A DNA stretch of 33,334 nucleotides, taken from Candidatus Methanoxibalbensis ujae (GTDB lineage Archaea; Halobacteriota; Syntropharchaeia; Alkanophagales; Methanospirareceae). The stretch lies in the NCBI GenBank assembly GCA_026134085.1, contig JAOQIN010000003.1, positions 62,001 to 95,334 of the forward strand, written 5' to 3'. Each line of letters opens with the position of its first letter. Positions within the stretch are counted from its first letter, which is position 1. The position numbers and the translations under genes are program-made. Shown here piece by piece: positions 9,427 to 19,003 of this stretch. The notes beneath the pieces were generated by a model. That model saw nothing but the letters and a program-made list of their open reading frames with translations. It did no database searches and had not been told where the DNA came from.

Positions 9427-10716
9427 ATGCAGGAGAACACAACCACAAAATATATAGTTCATGCTCAGTTCAAAGCGGAGGGTTTTGTTGAGAGATCGGA
9501 TGTAGTGGGAGCGATATTTGGTCAGACGGAGGGGTTGCTTGGAGAGGATCTTGATCTGCGTGATCTGCAGAAGAGTGGCAGGATAGGCCGTATAGAGGTG
9601 ACTGTATCCACGCATGGCGGGAAATCAAGTGGTGATATTCTCATACCGTCGAGCCTTGACAAGGTGGAGACAGCTCTGCTCGCGGCTGCACTTGAGACCA
9701 TAGATCGTGTGGGTCCGTGTATTGCGAGGGTTGAAGTGAAGAAGATAGAGGATGTCCGTGCGGAGAAGCGACGAAAGATAGTTGAGCGCGCGAAAGAGCT
9801 GCTGAGGCAGTTCACTGAGGAGAGCCTTGAATGTGAAAAGATGGTTGAAGAAGTGCGAGAAGCGCTTAAGGTGGAGGAGATAACGCAGTATAAAGGACTT
9901 CCAGCAGGTCCGAATGTTGAGAATGCGGATGCGATAATCATCGTTGAAGGTCGTGCGGATGTTTTGAATCTGCTGAAATGCGGCATCCGGAATGTTGTTG
10001 CTGTGGAGGGCACGAACATACCTGAGGTTATCGTTGACTTATGCCGGAGAAAGACAGTAACCGCTTTCTTTGACGGAGACAGAGGCGGCGAGCTCATACT
10101 GAAGGAGCTGCTTCAGGTTGCTGATGTTGATTATGTGGCTCTCGCACCTGAGGGAAAGAGCGTTGAGGACATGACATATAAAGAAATCGTGAAAGCACTG
10201 CAGAACAAGATCCCCGTGGAGCAGTATGAGCAGATGTTGGAGAGGAAAGAGCATCAACAGCACAAACTTCGCCTCTCAAGAAAAAGAGGCCGAGACAGTG
10301 CCGCAGCCGCAGCAGATGCGGTTGAGGATGTGGGAGGCGGCGAGAGCGCAGCAGATGATGAAAAAAATACTCAATCCTCTCCCGCTCCTCTCACACAGCA
10401 TCAGATGGAGCATCAGGGAGGCAAGCGCGCGATAATGCAGTTTCTGAAAGCACTTCATGGCACATTCAACGCGGTCATGCTTGATGATTCATGGAACATC
10501 GTGATGGAGACATCAGTGAGAGAGCTCGTAAACAATCTGAGGACATGTGAGGAAGTCACAGGCGTCGTCTTTGATGGAGTCATCACTCAACGCATCATAG
10601 ATGTCGCAACAGAGAAACATATAAAATTCGTGGCAGGACTGAAAAAAGGAGAAATAGTGCGTGCTCCCGTATTTCTCAAAATATTCACGCTGTCAGATGA
10701 TGCCGCATCAGGTTGA
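9427..10716 (+). CDS. dnaG: Archaeal DnaG (TOPRIM; exosome-associated)
   Basis: DVVGAIFGQTEGLLG, IIVEGRADV, FFDGDRGG, FDGVITQR; RBS GGAGGT upstream. Confidence 0.97.
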   Translation: MQENTTTKYIVHAQFKAEGFVERSDVVGAIFGQTEGLLGEDLDLRDLQKSGRIGRIEVTVSTHGGKSSGDILIPSSLDKVETALLAAALETIDRVGPCIARVEVKKIEDVRAEKRRKIVERAKELLRQFTEESLECEKMVEEVREALKVEEITQYKGLPAGPNVENADAIIIVEGRADVLNLLKCGIRNVVAVEGTNIPEVIVDLCRRKTVTAFFDGDRGGELILKELLQVADVDYVALAPEGKSVEDMTYKEIVKALQNKIPVEQYEQMLERKEHQQHKLRLSRKRGRDSAAAAADAVEDVGGGESAADDEKNTQSSPAPLTQHQMEHQGGKRAIMQFLKALHGTFNAVMLDDSWNIVMETSVRELVNNLRTCEEVTGVVFDGVITQRIIDVATEKHIKFVAGLKKGEIVRAPVFLKIFTLSDDAASG

Positions 10717-10759
10717 TCCTCTCCAGCCCTCCAGCTCTCCAGCCCTCCAGCGGATCCCT

Positions 10760-10855
10760 TCATGGCATCATCGTGGCACCCTCATGGCATCATCGTGGCA
10801 CCATCATGGCATCATCGTGGCACCATCATGGCATCATCATGGCATCATGGCATCA
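10760..10855. repeat. 22-bp (2 x 11-bp) tandem array between convergent dnaG and ttuA-like genes
   Basis: TCATGGCATCATCGTGGCACCM x3, one degenerate unit and one partial unit. The end of the array carries the stop codon of the minus-strand gene. Confidence 0.92.
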
Positions 10856-11822
10856 TTCTCCGCCACATCTTGCCCCCGGCATCACGCACAATTCGTGCTC
10901 TCAGCTTGCAGAATGCGCACACATCGGATGATGAGACTTCACCGCACACACTGCACACACCGCACACGCCTCTTTCCCCAATGGTCTCCTCAGATGATGC
11001 CTCAGATGCGAGTTTTGCGATGCCCCTCACGAAATTTTGCGTAAATCCTGTTTTTCTTCTCTCTATTTCGCGAACTATGTCCTTCCAATCATCTCTGTGT
11101 GGTGCGAAAGGGCATCTGTCCTCAAGCAATGGCAGATTTTCCGCACTGACATAGAGCCTGTTCTCCTCCTCCGTGCGCTCAAAAAGAGGGCGTGCTTTCG
11201 TCACAACGGATTCTGCGAATGATTCTGCTCTCGGCTTGAACTTCAGGATCCATGATATATTTCCGCCAACGATATTTTTCAGCGCAAATGCAGCAATATC
11301 ATCAGATGTGTGCCCGGTGACGACGACATCAAAGCCGTGCATGCGTGCTGTCCGATTCATTATATATCGCTTGGCTGTTCCACATGCAGCACATCGCTTC
11401 CGCATGCGAGCATCTTTTATCGTAAATCCGAAATCCGCAAGATTCACTGTGAGAAGAGGCATCTCAATCATTTCTGAGAGCTCTTTCACAACTTTCTCCG
11501 CTCTGTCTGAGTATTCACCAGTGCCCAGGTTTATGTGGAGCATCTCAAGCGACCAGTTGAAATCATTTATTTTTTTGAGCACATGTGCAAGCGCTACACT
11601 GTCCTTCCCTCCTGAAACAGCAATGAGAACACGCTCATTTTCTCGCAATATGCAATGTCTCTTTATGCTCCGTCTGACAAGCGCCTCATAAAACCGAGGA
11701 TAACATGCCTCACATAGAGAAATGCGATATGTCCTGAATGTTGTCACCGCAGGCTTGCCACATTTGTCACATCTCACATCTCGCATGCCTCCCCTTTCCT
11801 CTGCTTTCTTTTCTTCTTCCAC
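10845..11822 (-). CDS. TtuA/NcsA-family tRNA 2-thiolation PP-loop ATPase
   Basis: N-terminal Zn finger (CDKC...CEAC), SGGKDS, CAAC, TGHTSDD, RPL, CPF, C-terminal CSVC...CAFC. Alternative start ATG 11786. Confidence 0.88.
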   Translation of the reverse strand: MEEEKKAEERGGMRDVRCDKCGKPAVTTFRTYRISLCEACYPRFYEALVRRSIKRHCILRENERVLIAVSGGKDSVALAHVLKKINDFNWSLEMLHINLGTGEYSDRAEKVVKELSEMIEMPLLTVNLADFGFTIKDARMRKRCAACGTAKRYIMNRTARMHGFDVVVTGHTSDDIAAFALKNIVGGNISWILKFKPRAESFAESVVTKARPLFERTEEENRLYVSAENLPLLEDRCPFAPHRDDWKDIVREIERRKTGFTQNFVRGIAKLASEASSEETIGERGVCGVCSVCGEVSSSDVCAFCKLRARIVRDAGGKMWRRMMP

Positions 11823-11916
11823 TCTCCTTTTTCTTCCTGCCCGCCATCACTTCCCGCCCGCCATCATCAGCTCAGGTCGCTGCCGCATCTTACCGATATC
11901 AGAGCTCAGCTCATCA

Positions 11917-12627
11917 TCATATCTGATTGCGCAGTTCACGGATTTCAGGTGCGTTGCAGACATTTTCAGGCTTGCCGTTTGTGAGTTCGCATATAAGTGC
12001 TGTGAGCACATTTGCCTCTTCCTCCTTTCCGAGAGTTTCGCCGGATCCTGTCCGGTAGAACTTGCAGCCGAGGACGATTGTCGGATATCCTCCCGTGGAG
12101 AACCTGGAGAATATGTCGCGATCGGCGTTTGTGTCGTTGTAATTGTCATGCACGGATATGTGCCCTTCAAATTTTGCGGTGACATTTTTGAATATTGGAT
12201 GCTCCCACACGCAGTGAGAACATCCGGGAATACCGAAGAAGTAAACGACAGGCTTGCCATCTTCCATGCATATATCGCTCTCGCTCACCATGAAATTCCC
12301 TATTGTCGGGATCGGAAACGCATAAGAAAGTATGGATTTTCCATCTTTTTGGATGAGATAGAAGACCTCCTCACGCGTGCCCCGAATTTCTGTGAGGTTC
12401 ATCCTCACTCTATACAGGGAGGCATTGCTGACTGGCGTGACCTCAACAACATCTGCATTCACACCCATGCGCGATAATATATTCAACGCATTCTCTCCCG
12501 CCTCATGAGGGCTTATTACAGCTTTTTCAGACGGCGCGACTTGAGATGCATACACGAAGCCGACTGCAATGCCAACGCCCACACCGCATATTGCTGCGAG
12601 TATTGCGACCACAACATATCTTTCCAT
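11917..12627 (-). CDS. Membrane-anchored thioredoxin-fold protein
   Basis: N-terminal hydrophobic helix, CSHC motif, cis-Pro loop GYPT. Confidence 0.75.
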   Translation of the reverse strand: MERYVVVAILAAICGVGVGIAVGFVYASQVAPSEKAVISPHEAGENALNILSRMGVNADVVEVTPVSNASLYRVRMNLTEIRGTREEVFYLIQKDGKSILSYAFPIPTIGNFMVSESDICMEDGKPVVYFFGIPGCSHCVWEHPIFKNVTAKFEGHISVHDNYNDTNADRDIFSRFSTGGYPTIVLGCKFYRTGSGETLGKEEEANVLTALICELTNGKPENVCNAPEIRELRNQI

Positions 12628-12758
12628 GGGATATCACATGTGATGCATTCTTAAAATTCCTTATGCTTGCGGAGGCTGTGCTGTGATTGATGCTGTGTGA
12701 GGCGGAGAATTGTAATGGCGCAATTTTTTTATAGAATGATGCGGAAGGGCGTGAGCGG

Positions 12759-14132
12759 ATGACTGTTGGGATCCTGGGAGGCGGACTAACGGGTCTGACT
12801 CTCGGCTTTCTGATAGAGGATTCGGAGATCCTGGAGAGGGAGAATGAGTGCGGTGGTCTCTGTCGTTCAACGAGCGAGGAAGGCTTCACATTTGACTGCT
12901 TCGGCTCTCACATAATATTCTCAAGAGATCGGGAAGTCTTGAATTTCATGCTGCGCATGCTGGGCGATAATGTTGTCAAGTGCAGGCGAAACACGAAGAT
13001 CCTCTACAACGGGAGGCTCGTGAAATATCCATTTGAAAACGGATTGGCTGACCTGCCATTGCGTGAGAACCTGAAGTGTGTCGCCTCTTTTCTGTTTGCA
13101 AGGGCGAAGAAGTGCTTACACCGCTGCGACGGCTTTTCATCATTCCATGAATACCTTCTCGCAAATTTCGGCGGAGGGATCTCATCAAAATACCTTATTC
13201 CATACAACGAAAAAATATGGAAACGCCCGATAAGCGATTTGAACGCATCCTGGGCAGCGGGCAGAGTCCCCTCACCGAGCGTGTTTGATGTGCTCCGTTC
13301 ATCTCTCGGCTTTAACTCGGAGGGTTACACACATCAGTTGAACTTTTATTATCCAAAAAGAGGAGGGATAGAGGCATTAATAAACAGTATAGAGCGGAAA
13401 TGCGCCGATAAAACCGTGTGTAATTTTGAAGTTAAGGCAATCTGGCACTCAAACGACAAGTGGTATGTCTCAAATGGAGAGGAATGCATGAAATATGATA
13501 AAATTGTGGCGACAATTCCTGTTTTTTCTGTTGTTGATGCGTTGAGAGAGGGGGGAGAAAATGTTCCTGCGAGCGTCGTTCATGCGTCAAGAGGGCTGTC
13601 TTTCAATTCGCTCATAACAGTCATGATCGGTTTGGAGGGGGAGCCTCCTGTGAATGCGAGGATAGAAATTGAGGAAGGTGCAGATGCTGAAACAGGCGAG
13701 AATATGAGAGGAATTTCATGGCTTTACATTCCCGACGCAGACTGCCTGCCTCACAGGGTTGCGTTCCCTTCAAATTACAGCAAATATGTTGCGCCGGAGG
13801 GCAAGACAGCAGTGCTTGCTGAAATCACATGCGCATGCGGAAGTAGTGGAATCTGGAATATGAGCGATCATGATATAATGGAAAGAACAATAAATGATCT
13901 GAATCGCAAGGGAATACTGAACAGAAATTACATATGTTTCGCGAAAGTGGTGAGAGCCCCTCTCGCTTATATAATATATGACAGGAATTATGAGCGGAAT
14001 GTATTGACTTTGAGAGAATATTTTGGGAAAAAAGGGATAATTCTCGCGGGCAGATTTGCAAAATTTGAGTATATGAACATGGATGATTGTGTGAAAGACG
14101 CTATTGAAATTGCGAGAATGCTGGTCGCGTGA
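12759..14132 (+). CDS. FAD-dependent oxidoreductase, HemY/UDP-galactopyranose-mutase-like
   Basis: GGGLTG, ExxxxxGGLCRS, GSHI, PYNEKIW, FYYPKRGG, GRFAKFEYMNMD. Confidence 0.8.
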   Translation: MTVGILGGGLTGLTLGFLIEDSEILERENECGGLCRSTSEEGFTFDCFGSHIIFSRDREVLNFMLRMLGDNVVKCRRNTKILYNGRLVKYPFENGLADLPLRENLKCVASFLFARAKKCLHRCDGFSSFHEYLLANFGGGISSKYLIPYNEKIWKRPISDLNASWAAGRVPSPSVFDVLRSSLGFNSEGYTHQLNFYYPKRGGIEALINSIERKCADKTVCNFEVKAIWHSNDKWYVSNGEECMKYDKIVATIPVFSVVDALREGGENVPASVVHASRGLSFNSLITVMIGLEGEPPVNARIEIEEGADAETGENMRGISWLYIPDADCLPHRVAFPSNYSKYVAPEGKTAVLAEITCACGSSGIWNMSDHDIMERTINDLNRKGILNRNYICFAKVVRAPLAYIIYDRNYERNVLTLREYFGKKGIILAGRFAKFEYMNMDDCVKDAIEIARMLVA

Positions 14133-14313
14133 TCGTGTGAGCTGTGAGTGAGTTGAGCGCGGAATATCTGCCTCCTCACCTCATCTGACTTGAAGCCTCA
14201 CTGTCTGTGCATATGCATGGGCAACGGATGAAGCCGAGCTGCATGCGCCTGTTCCGCCACAAGCTTTTGCTGTTGCTTTCTCTTCGCAGACGCCACTTCT
14301 TGGTCACTGTCAC

Positions 14314-14365
14314 TTTATTTTATTCTTATTTTTTTATTCTTATCTCTATTTTATCGCTTTATTTA
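14314..14365 (+). terminator. T-rich tract, putative archaeal terminator
   Basis: tttattttattcttatttttttattcttatctctattttatc, downstream of the oxidoreductase. Confidence 0.4.
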
Positions 14366-14447
14366 TCGCGCTCGCGCTGAGGGTTGTGCATATTGCGTTG
14401 TGCATATAAGGTGCATATAAATCATCAATCAATATAGAGGGAGAAGA

Positions 14448-16037
14448 ATGAAATTTGACACGGAGCGGATAAAAGAGGAGATCTGCAAGGATTTTGAGCG
14501 TGTTTGGCTTGAAGGCTCCTCGTATATAGAGGAGAAGGGTTTGAATGAGCGTTTTCCTCGCTCTGTGATGAGGGAGCGGGTTGGAAGGTCGCATCCTGTA
14601 TTTGACACAGTTCAGCGATTGAGGGAGGCATATCTGCGGATGGGCTTTGAGGAGGTTGTGAATCCGGTTTTTGTGAGTGAGGAAGATGTCAGGAAGCAGT
14701 TCTGGAAGGAATCTCTTGCGGTGCTTGACCGATGTTACTATCTTGCGGGTCTCCCACGACCTGACATTGGAATTTCGGAGGAGCGTATCACAGCGATTGA
14801 GAGACATCTCGGCAAAACACTTCGGGCTGATGAAATTGAAGCGCTCAGGAGCACACTTCACAGATACAAGCGCGGCGAGATCGACGGTGATGACCTTCTC
14901 AACGAGATCTCCGCATCTCTGAATGTGAGTGACGCGGTTGTGGCTGCGATCATTGATGATGTTTTTCCCGAGATGGTTGAGCTATCTCCCGTCGCAACGA
15001 GTATGACGCTTCGCAGCCACATGACTTCAGGATGGTTCATCACGCTTAAGGCGCTCTGGGGGAAGAAGCCAACGCCCATAAAGCTTTTCTCAGTTGACAG
15101 ATGCTTCAGGAGGGAGCAGCGTGAGGGAGAGACAAGACTTCGCAGCTATCATTCGGCGAGCTGTGTGATATGCGATGAGCATGTGAGCATTGACGAGGGT
15201 ATGGATGTTGCGACCCGCCTCCTTTCTCAGTTCGGTTTCACGAGGATAAAGTTCAGGGAGGATGAGAAGCGCTCAAAATATTATGTTCCCGGGACGCAAA
15301 CGGAAGTTTTCTGCTGGCATCCTCGCCGCAAAGAATGGGTTGAAGTCGCCACATTCGGCATATATTCGCCCACTGCACTCTCGCAGTATGATATTCCCGT
15401 GCCTGTTATGAACTTTGGACTTGGTGTTGAGCGGCTTGCGATGATATTGTATGATGTTGATGATGTCAGAAAGCTTGTCTTTCCGCAGTTTCATGAGTGG
15501 CATCTCTCCGATATTGAGATTGCATGCATGATACGCGTTGAGAGAACGCCAGTCACGAAGGAAGGTGAGCAAATTGCGAGGGGCATTGTGAGGATATGCG
15601 AGGAGCATGCGAACGCACAGTCGCCATGCGAGTTCCTCGCGTTCAGCGGTGAAATACTGGGAAGGCGTGTTGATGTGTATGTGGTTGAGCGGGAGGAGAA
15701 CACTCGTCTTTGCGGTCCTGCGTTTTTGAATGAGGTTGTGGTGTATGATGGCTCAATATATGCGGTGCCCCGTGATGAAAAATGGAAATTCATGTTTGAA
15801 GATGGGATATCCACAAATATACGGTTTGTTGATGCGTTCGCAGCACTCGCCGCTCATGAAATTGAGAGAGGAGCATCAAATGTGCGTGTGAGAATTGTGA
15901 GAAGCGCATCAGACATAAACCTGCGCATAGATGATGTTGCGGTCAGATATATCACAGCAAAAAACAGAAAAATAGACATCAGAGGTCCTGTATTTATCAC
16001 AGTTGTCGCAAGGTGCAGTTCTGCTGTGGAAGATTGA
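14448..16037 (+). CDS. sepS: O-phosphoseryl-tRNA(Cys) synthetase (SepRS)
   Basis: LRSHMTSGWF, KLFSVDRCFRREQ, YHSASC, RSKYY, WVEVATFGIYSP, VMNFGLGVERLAM, IDIRGPVF. Confidence 0.98.
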   Translation: MKFDTERIKEEICKDFERVWLEGSSYIEEKGLNERFPRSVMRERVGRSHPVFDTVQRLREAYLRMGFEEVVNPVFVSEEDVRKQFWKESLAVLDRCYYLAGLPRPDIGISEERITAIERHLGKTLRADEIEALRSTLHRYKRGEIDGDDLLNEISASLNVSDAVVAAIIDDVFPEMVELSPVATSMTLRSHMTSGWFITLKALWGKKPTPIKLFSVDRCFRREQREGETRLRSYHSASCVICDEHVSIDEGMDVATRLLSQFGFTRIKFREDEKRSKYYVPGTQTEVFCWHPRRKEWVEVATFGIYSPTALSQYDIPVPVMNFGLGVERLAMILYDVDDVRKLVFPQFHEWHLSDIEIACMIRVERTPVTKEGEQIARGIVRICEEHANAQSPCEFLAFSGEILGRRVDVYVVEREENTRLCGPAFLNEVVVYDGSIYAVPRDEKWKFMFEDGISTNIRFVDAFAALAAHEIERGASNVRVRIVRSASDINLRIDDVAVRYITAKNRKIDIRGPVFITVVARCSSAVED

Positions 16038-16054
16038 CAGGAGGTGTTTGCGGC

Positions 16055-16690
16055 ATGTTGATTGTGGTGGCTGGCATGCCAGGTGCGGGCTCATCAACAG
16101 TGATCCAACGCGGTCTTGAGATGCTGCGCCACATGCGTTCTTCAGATGCGGAAGCAGTTGAGAAATCTGAGGAGGCATCAGAGCGTGCCGAATTCGTGCA
16201 TTTGAATTATGGGGATGTGATGTTTGAGATAGCCTCACAGGAAGGCATCATAAACAGGGATCAGATCAGAAAACTCCCTCATGAAACTCAGACACTCATA
16301 CAGAAAAAGGCATGCAGGAGAATTGCGGACATGAGCAAAGATGCGAACATAGTCCTTGACACACATTGCACAATAAAAACACCTTTCGGATATCTTCCAG
16401 GTCTCCCTGCGGATGTCCTCCACGAGTTGTCTCCTCGCCTGTTCGTGCTCATAGAGGCCTTTCCTCATGAGATCGCAAGAAGAAGAAAGACAGATAAAAC
16501 GAGAATGCGGGATGAAGAAGCGGAAGAGGACATAGCAGAGCATCAAGCAATGAACAGAGCAATCTCAATGGCTTACGCCTGCCTCACCGGCGCGCCCGTG
16601 AAAATTATTGAGAACCACGACGGCGAAATCGAAAAAGCAGCAAGAGAGTTCGCAGAAACTGTGATGAAGCTGCATACGCTGCAACACTGA
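16055..16690 (+). CDS. adkA: Archaeal adenylate kinase
   Basis: GMPGAGSST, NYGDVM, RDQIRKL, DTHCTIKTPFGYLPGLP, EHQAMNR; RBS GGAGGTG at 16040-16046 supports ATG 16055. Confidence 0.93.
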   Translation: MLIVVAGMPGAGSSTVIQRGLEMLRHMRSSDAEAVEKSEEASERAEFVHLNYGDVMFEIASQEGIINRDQIRKLPHETQTLIQKKACRRIADMSKDANIVLDTHCTIKTPFGYLPGLPADVLHELSPRLFVLIEAFPHEIARRRKTDKTRMRDEEAEEDIAEHQAMNRAISMAYACLTGAPVKIIENHDGEIEKAAREFAETVMKLHTLQH

Positions 16691-17652
16691 AGAGATTGCT
16701 GTGCACTGTGCTGAAGTGCTGAAGTGTGCTGAAGGAAAGAAGAGGGGAAAGGAGGCGATAACATGAAAGGTCTGGCTGTTATGTTCATTTTATCTTTCTG
16801 TTTCAACATGTGAAAGCGTGGCGAGGGCAGTCAGACTGAATCCCAAACCGAATCCAGTTCAAATAAGAGGGGTTTCATATTTTTAATGATTGGGAGAGCA
16901 TCTCCCGTCGCAATAATCAATTCTCCGCACAGAAACACAGAAACACTTATAAACTAAAAAACATGAAAGAATCAGAAAAATAAATAAAACGAAATAAAAA
17001 GATCGAATGAAAAGAAAAAGGAAAGATTAATACTGAATAAATAAACAATTTCAATATTATTCTGAATCAATATTATTGAAACCAGAACAATACTTTTTTA
17101 AGTATGGACTATCTCTGAAAGACAGATTGTAGAAAATTTTACAAAATTGTAGAAACTGACTCTGTCTTTGGAAGAGCATTGTAATGAAAAACTGATAATC
17201 GTCGGAGCATAAAGCAGGTGAGGCAACAATAGGAACTGGATGGGGTTTCAGATGCTGAATGATGAAGTGAGGAACCGGAGGATCAAGTGGCAGTTCACCA
17301 TCCCTATTGGAATTGCACCCTGCCTTGATTTCTGGCGTCAAGAAGATGCGACACTCCAAGCCCCTCTCCATCCATCATCCAATGCAAAGACGTAAAGGAG
17401 AGAAGACAGGAAGCGACAACTCCAAAGCCATACACCTCCTGGTCCGAAGAGGATGTTGAAAACATAGACTTCGCAACTTAAATGGCAACTTAAATGAACA
17501 TAATGTGATGGTCACTTGGCTGACATCGCCATAGAGTGAGAGAGGTAAGTGGATTTATATCCCTATTTCCTCATTCAATTTCCTCATTAAAAGGAGCAAA
17601 GCCGAGAGCGGATTTCCTTTCCATTCCATTGCATGATTCGTATGAATCTCCG

Positions 17653-18306
17653 TCAGATGCCCTCATATTTTCCTATCAATATCCATGAAATATGGTGATG
17701 AACTTCGCCATTGGCATGAGGTTCATAATATTCGTGCTCGTATAGCTCTTTGATATTTAGGAAAGCAAAATCCTCAATCAGTTCTTCTCTGGTGCAGAAA
17801 TGAATATACACTTTTTCCTGAAATGAATTGTCAGAAACGGGAATGCCCTTTCCGTAATGTTCAGGATCTCTTACTGAAAGTGTGCTCAAGAACAGTAATC
17901 CGTTTGGTGCCAACGTTCTCATAATTGTTTTTCTGAGTTCTCCTCTTTCATCCTTTTTTAGGAGGTGATACAGGTTTGAGACAAATACAAGATCATATTT
18001 GCCATCTCTCAGCTCTGTGAAATTGCAGCACTCAAATTTTACATCGTCCACTTTTTGCGTTTTAAATGCCGTATCTGAGGCAATTTCTATAGCTTTTCTG
18101 GAAATGTCTATCCCCAAAATCCCGCATCCAAGATTGTCCGAAAGGTAGAATACATCACGACCATACCCACAGCCAATGTCCAATATGCTAAATATTCTCT
18201 TTTTTAATTTACATTTCTGTAAGTATTTGACTGCAGCAATGGCCAACTCACTTGGTCTTTCTCCCCAAATATGTTCATTGCTTTTATACTCGTCATCCCA
18301 AAACAT
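17653..18306 (-). CDS. Class I SAM-dependent methyltransferase
   Basis: ILDIGCGYGR, GIDIS, YDLV, GLLFLS; visibly more AT-rich than neighbouring genes. Confidence 0.88.
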   Translation of the reverse strand: MFWDDEYKSNEHIWGERPSELAIAAVKYLQKCKLKKRIFSILDIGCGYGRDVFYLSDNLGCGILGIDISRKAIEIASDTAFKTQKVDDVKFECCNFTELRDGKYDLVFVSNLYHLLKKDERGELRKTIMRTLAPNGLLFLSTLSVRDPEHYGKGIPVSDNSFQEKVYIHFCTREELIEDFAFLNIKELYEHEYYEPHANGEVHHHISWILIGKYEGI

Positions 18307-18481
18307 TTTCAGTCCCTCCTGCCGGCTACTCTTTTACTTTTCGGCGGACTTCACCATATCATAACCTGTGCTCAGATGAATCATTTAAATAAAAGGCGGG
18401 GACATGTGAAACAGAAAAAAGAAAAAATAGAAAAAGAATAAAAAAATAAAAAAAGAAAAGAAAAAAAAAGGAGGGAGAGAG

Positions 18482-19003
18482 ATGGGCGGGGGTTTGTTGA
18501 AGTTTGTTTTGCGTGTGATTCCATCGCTGATATTCGTCCTCTGTGTTCTCGCAGCATTCGCAACACACGAATTTTCGCTGAAATCAACGCTGTTATCGGC
18601 TTCTCCTGAAGAGATTCTTGCTGCGATGCTCCCTTCGCTGAACACAAGCATGAACGGGGAATTTATAGAAATTGTGGACTCAGGCACTGAAGGAGACAAA
18701 AGGTTCATCACGCTTTCAGCCCGCTCGCCTTTTCCTGCGAATCTGACGGTGAAATCTGGTTCGCTATACGCAGAAGGCGTTAAGTTCGAGTTAGTGGAGC
18801 CCGTTGAGATTCCTGCAGGAGGTTCTGCAATTCTGCGATTTGAAGCGCCGTTGGCTTCTTCCGCACAGCAAACCTTTGAGCCTGAAGTGAGCAAAATCAC
18901 ATTGAAAATGGATGTGAAAGGTGTGGAGATTGAATTTAACAGCTTCGCAACGCAACTGTCGACAGCAGCGACAGCAGCGGAGGGTAAGAGCCGAAAGGGG
19001 TGA
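18482..19003 (+). CDS. Hypothetical membrane-anchored protein (possible Ig/LEA-like beta domain)
   Basis: N-terminal TM helix followed by beta-strand-like sequence; purine-rich RBS; stop overlaps the next start (GTGA). Confidence 0.6.
   Translation: MGGGLLKFVLRVIPSLIFVLCVLAAFATHEFSLKSTLLSASPEEILAAMLPSLNTSMNGEFIEIVDSGTEGDKRFITLSARSPFPANLTVKSGSLYAEGVKFELVEPVEIPAGGSAILRFEAPLASSAQQTFEPEVSKITLKMDVKGVEIEFNSFATQLSTAATAAEGKSRKG

Noticed and set aside
10760..10855. Possible CRISPR array
   Set aside because: Units are contiguous with no unique spacers, and no cas genes are present. The same applies to 26024-26086.
10661..11154. Plus-strand ORFs rich in SWHH/HGII repeats
   Set aside because: They are translations of the 11/22-bp array, overlapping dnaG and antisense to the ttuA-like gene.
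11722..12477. Long antisense ORFs (also 22498-23160, 9522-10097, 32290-32865)
   Set aside because: They are shadows of well-supported genes on the opposite strand.
14176..14313. 45-codon GTG-start minus-strand ORF or GC-rich ncRNA between the oxidoreductase and sepS
   Set aside because: No family motif, RBS or convincing structure.
17057..17371. 104-aa minus-strand ORF in the large gap
   Set aside because: No recognisable motif, and composition shifts abruptly from GC-rich to AT-rich.
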